A stretch of 63,028 nucleotides of DNA, filler included, from Lenisia limosa (taxonomy: Eukaryota; Protista; Breviatea), in NCBI GenBank assembly GCA_001655205.1. It is 14 parts of 14 records of this genome, joined end to end, with 100 filler letters (N's around TTAATTAATTAA, not from the genome) between each part and the next. Parts side by side here need not be neighbours in the genome. Positions count along the whole stretch, not along the records: positions 59,325 to 63,028 come from LPNZ01007560.1; 13 more parts are not named here. One strand, 5' to 3'. Below the pieces are notes generated by a model. That model worked only from the letters and a program-made list of their open reading frames with translations, was not told the DNA's origin and made no database searches. Positions 59,815 to 63,028 of the stretch are shown piece by piece; the first letter of the stretch is position 1, and each line of letters opens with the position of its first letter. Made by a program: the position numbers and the translations under genes.

Positions 59815-60546
59815 TACATCAATAATAGTACATCGAATCACTTTTTTGGGGTCATTTTCACACTTGTGAACTATCGTTTTACACAAGTTGATACGATATC
59901 TACTCGTGTGATGATTGACCGAGAAGTCTCAATGAAACACTGATTCACTCGGGATGTAACCTCATGTTATCTTTTCAAGTTGCGATTTAGCTTAGTTTAT
60001 GCTGTGTTTTGGCTTAGTTTATGTTGCGATTTGGATGAGTTCTTCCTATGTTCCCAGCTCAGTTAGCTCTTTCTATATTCCTACCTCGGAGTTAAGTTCT
60101 TTCTATGTTCGAGTGTATCAAAGTTTCATTGAGACTTGTCGATCAATTATCATACGAGTGGATATTCCAACATTCCAACCTCGGAGTTTAGCTCTTCAAG
60201 ACTGTTCTGACTGGCAAGCCCGTATTCTACAAGTGGGTAAGGTAACAGGAATTGGAATTTTTCTCATTTATCATTCAACTTTACATACATATGATATTAG
60301 TAAAAAACTACCTCAAAGCTTTAATATGTCCCCCTCNNNNNNNNNNNNNNNNNNNNNNNNNNNNNNNNNNNNNNNNNNNNNNNNNNNNNNNNNNNNNNNN
60401 NNNNNNNNNNNNNNNNNNNNNNNNNNNNNNNNNNNNNNNNNNNNNNNNNNNNNNNNNNNNNNNNNNNNNNNNNNNNNNNNNNNNNNNNNNNNNNNNNNNN
60501 NNNNNNNNNNNNNNNNNNNNNNNNNNNNNNNNNNNNNNNNNNNNAC

Positions 60547-62634
60547 CTATGCATAAATTGATGTGAGTGTCAGTATCATGGTCCTCATTCAGACCTCCAA
60601 TCACCAGATACGCTGAAATGTTAATCCAATCTCAGGTAAAAAAGATTACGCCAATATCGAGCACAGATTACACTAAAAGGTTTGAAGAATATCAAATTTC
60701 TGAGATGTCACTTTTTGGATCATTTTCACACGTGTGAACTATTCTCATCCGACAAGTCTCAACAGCACTCTGATACTCTCGGAATCAACCCTCATGTTAT
60801 CTTCATTCAACATTTCGAATGGAAAGTCGGTCATAATCATATCGCTAGTGGATAAGAGTAAACGAAATATAAAATTAGGAATAATAAAAAGTTCCCTTTT
60901 ATTTTTTCTCATTTTCACCTTTCACAACGGTGGGACTCCCTACCCCCACTTACCGTCCCCCACAGTATAAGTGTGGTACAGGCCTAGGTTAGCCACAATG
61001 TCGTCCAACACATTGAACAGCGTTGAGAGTAGAAATGACACCTTTGGAGTTAACAATGAAAGTAGGAAAGATGAAGTTAACACTGAAACATTAATATATA
61101 TCATTTTAAGGAGCACAAATAATAGATGCTTCAATAAACTAAAAGGGAAGACTAATACACATTCCGTATAAATCTACAGACAATAACATATTATATAATG
61201 ATATCACTGCGAAGTTTACAATGAAAACATTGATATATTGTGATTTCCCAAGGAAAATCGGTCAAGACTTATCCGGTCACTGAATATAGTATGTGTTTTG
61301 AAAATATACACTTAATACGGGGTCGGATATGAATGCATATGTACCAGTAGTATATGATAATGTGTGTGATGATGAGAGCTTCCCTTCGGTTCAAAAATAC
61401 CGACAAGTTTTCGCGGATTTATCGAAAAATTCCATCTTTTTCGAACCGAAGTGAAGCCTAAATGGTGCCTCATCCAAAATTGTCCCACCTGGCTCGGTTG
61501 AATTGAGGAGCATATCTGAGTAAAAGACACCAAATCTGACTGAACAACCTGGGAGAGTAAATATAGAAAATGTATGTAATAACACGAAAATAACAGTGAA
61601 ATTACCCCACTGGCAAACAACACACACTCCCAACCCCCAACTGGGACTCAATTTCTCGAGATATTTCGATATTTTCCTGGTCTTTTCCAATCCTGAGTGA
61701 ATCTCTACCTCCCCCCACAGTGACATCCAGCCGAGCGTCACTGATAACAGACGAAGCCGAAGTGGACAGCAAACGGTCCACCACCTCTACGGGCAGAAGT
61801 AGGAGGAGCTGGGATGGTGAGTGTATTATCTTGAATATTACATATTTGTGGGGAAAGGGTAGTAGATAGCTGATAATTGAGAGATTATTGCTAGGGCTTC
61901 CCTATGATTTCTAATGTATATTATTTCTCTTGTTCAAAAAAAAAAAGATTAGCTGACAACTTATTGGTTATATAACTGACAGCTTATAGCCCCCCACACC
62001 AAGTCAGTGCCCTTGGACAGTATTCTGGCCTGAGCCCGGGTGAACACAAACAGCCGCCGCCAGGTCCGCTCAATTTTGTGCCGTAATGTTACGTAGACTA
62101 GACCGGAGAAAAGGACGACCATTGCTNNNNNNNNNNNNNNNNNNNNNNNNNNNNNNNNNNNNNNNNNNNNNNNNNNNNNNNNNNNNNNNNNNNNNNNNNN
62201 NNNNNNNNNNNNNNNNNNNNNNNNNNNNNNNNNNNNNNNNNNNNNNNNNNNNNNNNNNNNNNNNNNNNNNNNNNNNNNNNNNNNNNNNNNNNNNNNNNNN
62301 NNNNNNNNNNNNNNNNNNNNNNNNNNNNNNNNNNNNNNNNNNNNNNNNNNNNNNNGTATCTATATCGTATATGATACATATATCGATATATACTATATTA
62401 TAATAGATAAATATTATCATTATATAATTTAATATGTACTATGGATAAGGGGCTTTGTGAGAATGAATCGCTTTATCGATATTTTGTAATTGAATAATTA
62501 ACGACAATTCAGCCTTTGTTGAACCGAAAGTGAAGCACTCTAATAATAGATCAGCAGCTTACCAGGGATAACACCATCTCGCCAAGGGTAGTTGTTGAGG
62601 ATGAAGTAAAAAAGAAGGACAGAGGCTGTATATC
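60547..62634 (-). CDS. Membrane-bound class III adenylate/guanylate cyclase (TM segment plus catalytic domain), partial
   Basis: TM exon AGVVVGYTASVLLFYFILNNYPW; RHKIERTWRRLF...LLLLLPVEVVDRLL (dimerisation helix); VVQSDLVSFTQICSSIQPSQ (first metal Asp); STLFNVLDDIVANLGLYHTYTVGD/AYLVIGGL (second metal Asp, GDAY). Confidence 0.82.
61376..61458. mobile_element. MITE family A copy
   Basis: GAGCTTCCCTTCGGTTCAAAAA...CTTTTTCGAACCGAAGTGAAGCC|TA. Further partial copies at ~11985-12067, 16438-16500, 17113-17210, 31745-31822, 47285-47356, 58523-58604, 61894 and 62470-62537. Confidence 0.8.
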
Positions 62635-62859
62635 CGACAACAACACCTGCCTTAAATGGTAAGTAACAAGAGGGACTTTCCTTGAATAGTAAGAAATGGA
62701 AAGGAAATTTCCACAAATGGTAAGAAATGGGACTTTCCTTAAATGGTACCATATACACTGTTTATAATCACCCCCCCACCTTGCTGAATTGCTGAATATG
62801 CCCCACAACCCCAACACCTTAATCCACACATATCACAGAGTGTACATTATATTTATAGA

Positions 62860-63000
62860 AATGAGAAATAAAAATAGTTTTAGCAGAAGTCGTCCACACC
62901 ATCACGCTTCTTTCGGATATTGGAATAGAGTAATATTAATTCACCCAATCACTTGCCTTACAACTCTGTACACAGAGCTTTCTGCGTGCCTCCCCAGCAT
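62860..63000 (-). mobile_element. Copy of the SINE-like repeat lacking the tRNA-like head
   Basis: CCACACCATCACGCTT...GATATTGGA...ATTCACCCAAT...TTGCCTTA...CTCTGT.CACA.AGCTTTCTGCGTGCCTCCCCAGCAT, shared with 52346-52454. Confidence 0.75.
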
Positions 63001-63028
63001 GCAGAAAAGGTATATATATACAATATAT

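Noticed and set aside
2522-62420. Many track ORFs containing long X runs
   Set aside because: They stay open only because N gaps hide stops; they are not evidence of coding.
1-63028. Stop-codon reassignment (UAA/UAG=Gln) to rescue broken ORFs
   Set aside because: Recognisable genes end at TAA or TAG where expected (START 2033, ABC-ATPase 37856), and the breaks are explained by introns.

Overview
Eukaryotic, intron-rich genomic DNA, probably from a protist (inference; no taxon can be assigned from this window). It is not one locus. Thirteen artificial 100-bp linkers (N44-TTAATTAATTAA-N44) join 14 small scaffolds, and many internal N gaps sit next to G or C homopolymers. Hand-splicing of GT-AG exons supports these genes, mostly partial: a Canopy/MSAP-like saposin protein, a START-domain protein, a TEP1/NWD-type NACHT NTPase, an oxysterol-binding protein, a DDX51/Dbp6-like DEAD-box helicase, a signal-peptide BMP/PnrA-domain protein, a prokaryote-type ABC-class ATPase, a sushi+RCC1-repeat protein, an ankyrin protein, a rhodanese, a CCCH zinc-finger protein, a USP deubiquitinase, a membrane class III nucleotide cyclase, and several coiled-coil or orphan genes. 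The code looks standard (TAA/TAG end genes). Introns are full of short repeats: TA-flanked GGGCT...AGCCC MITE families, Tc1-like MITEs, a tRNA-Gln-headed SINE-like family, a Helitron-like repeat and a TTAA-flanked TIR element. The most unusual signals concern splicing. (1) A conserved ~60-130 bp element lies on the sense strand at the 3' end of introns of many unrelated genes. (2) The OSBP gene has a run of 22-27 nt introns plus one 1.64-kb intron that may hold a nested gene. (3) Many introns have a G-run after the donor and a C-run before the acceptor. Exon boundaries and family calls were made by eye; no searches were run.
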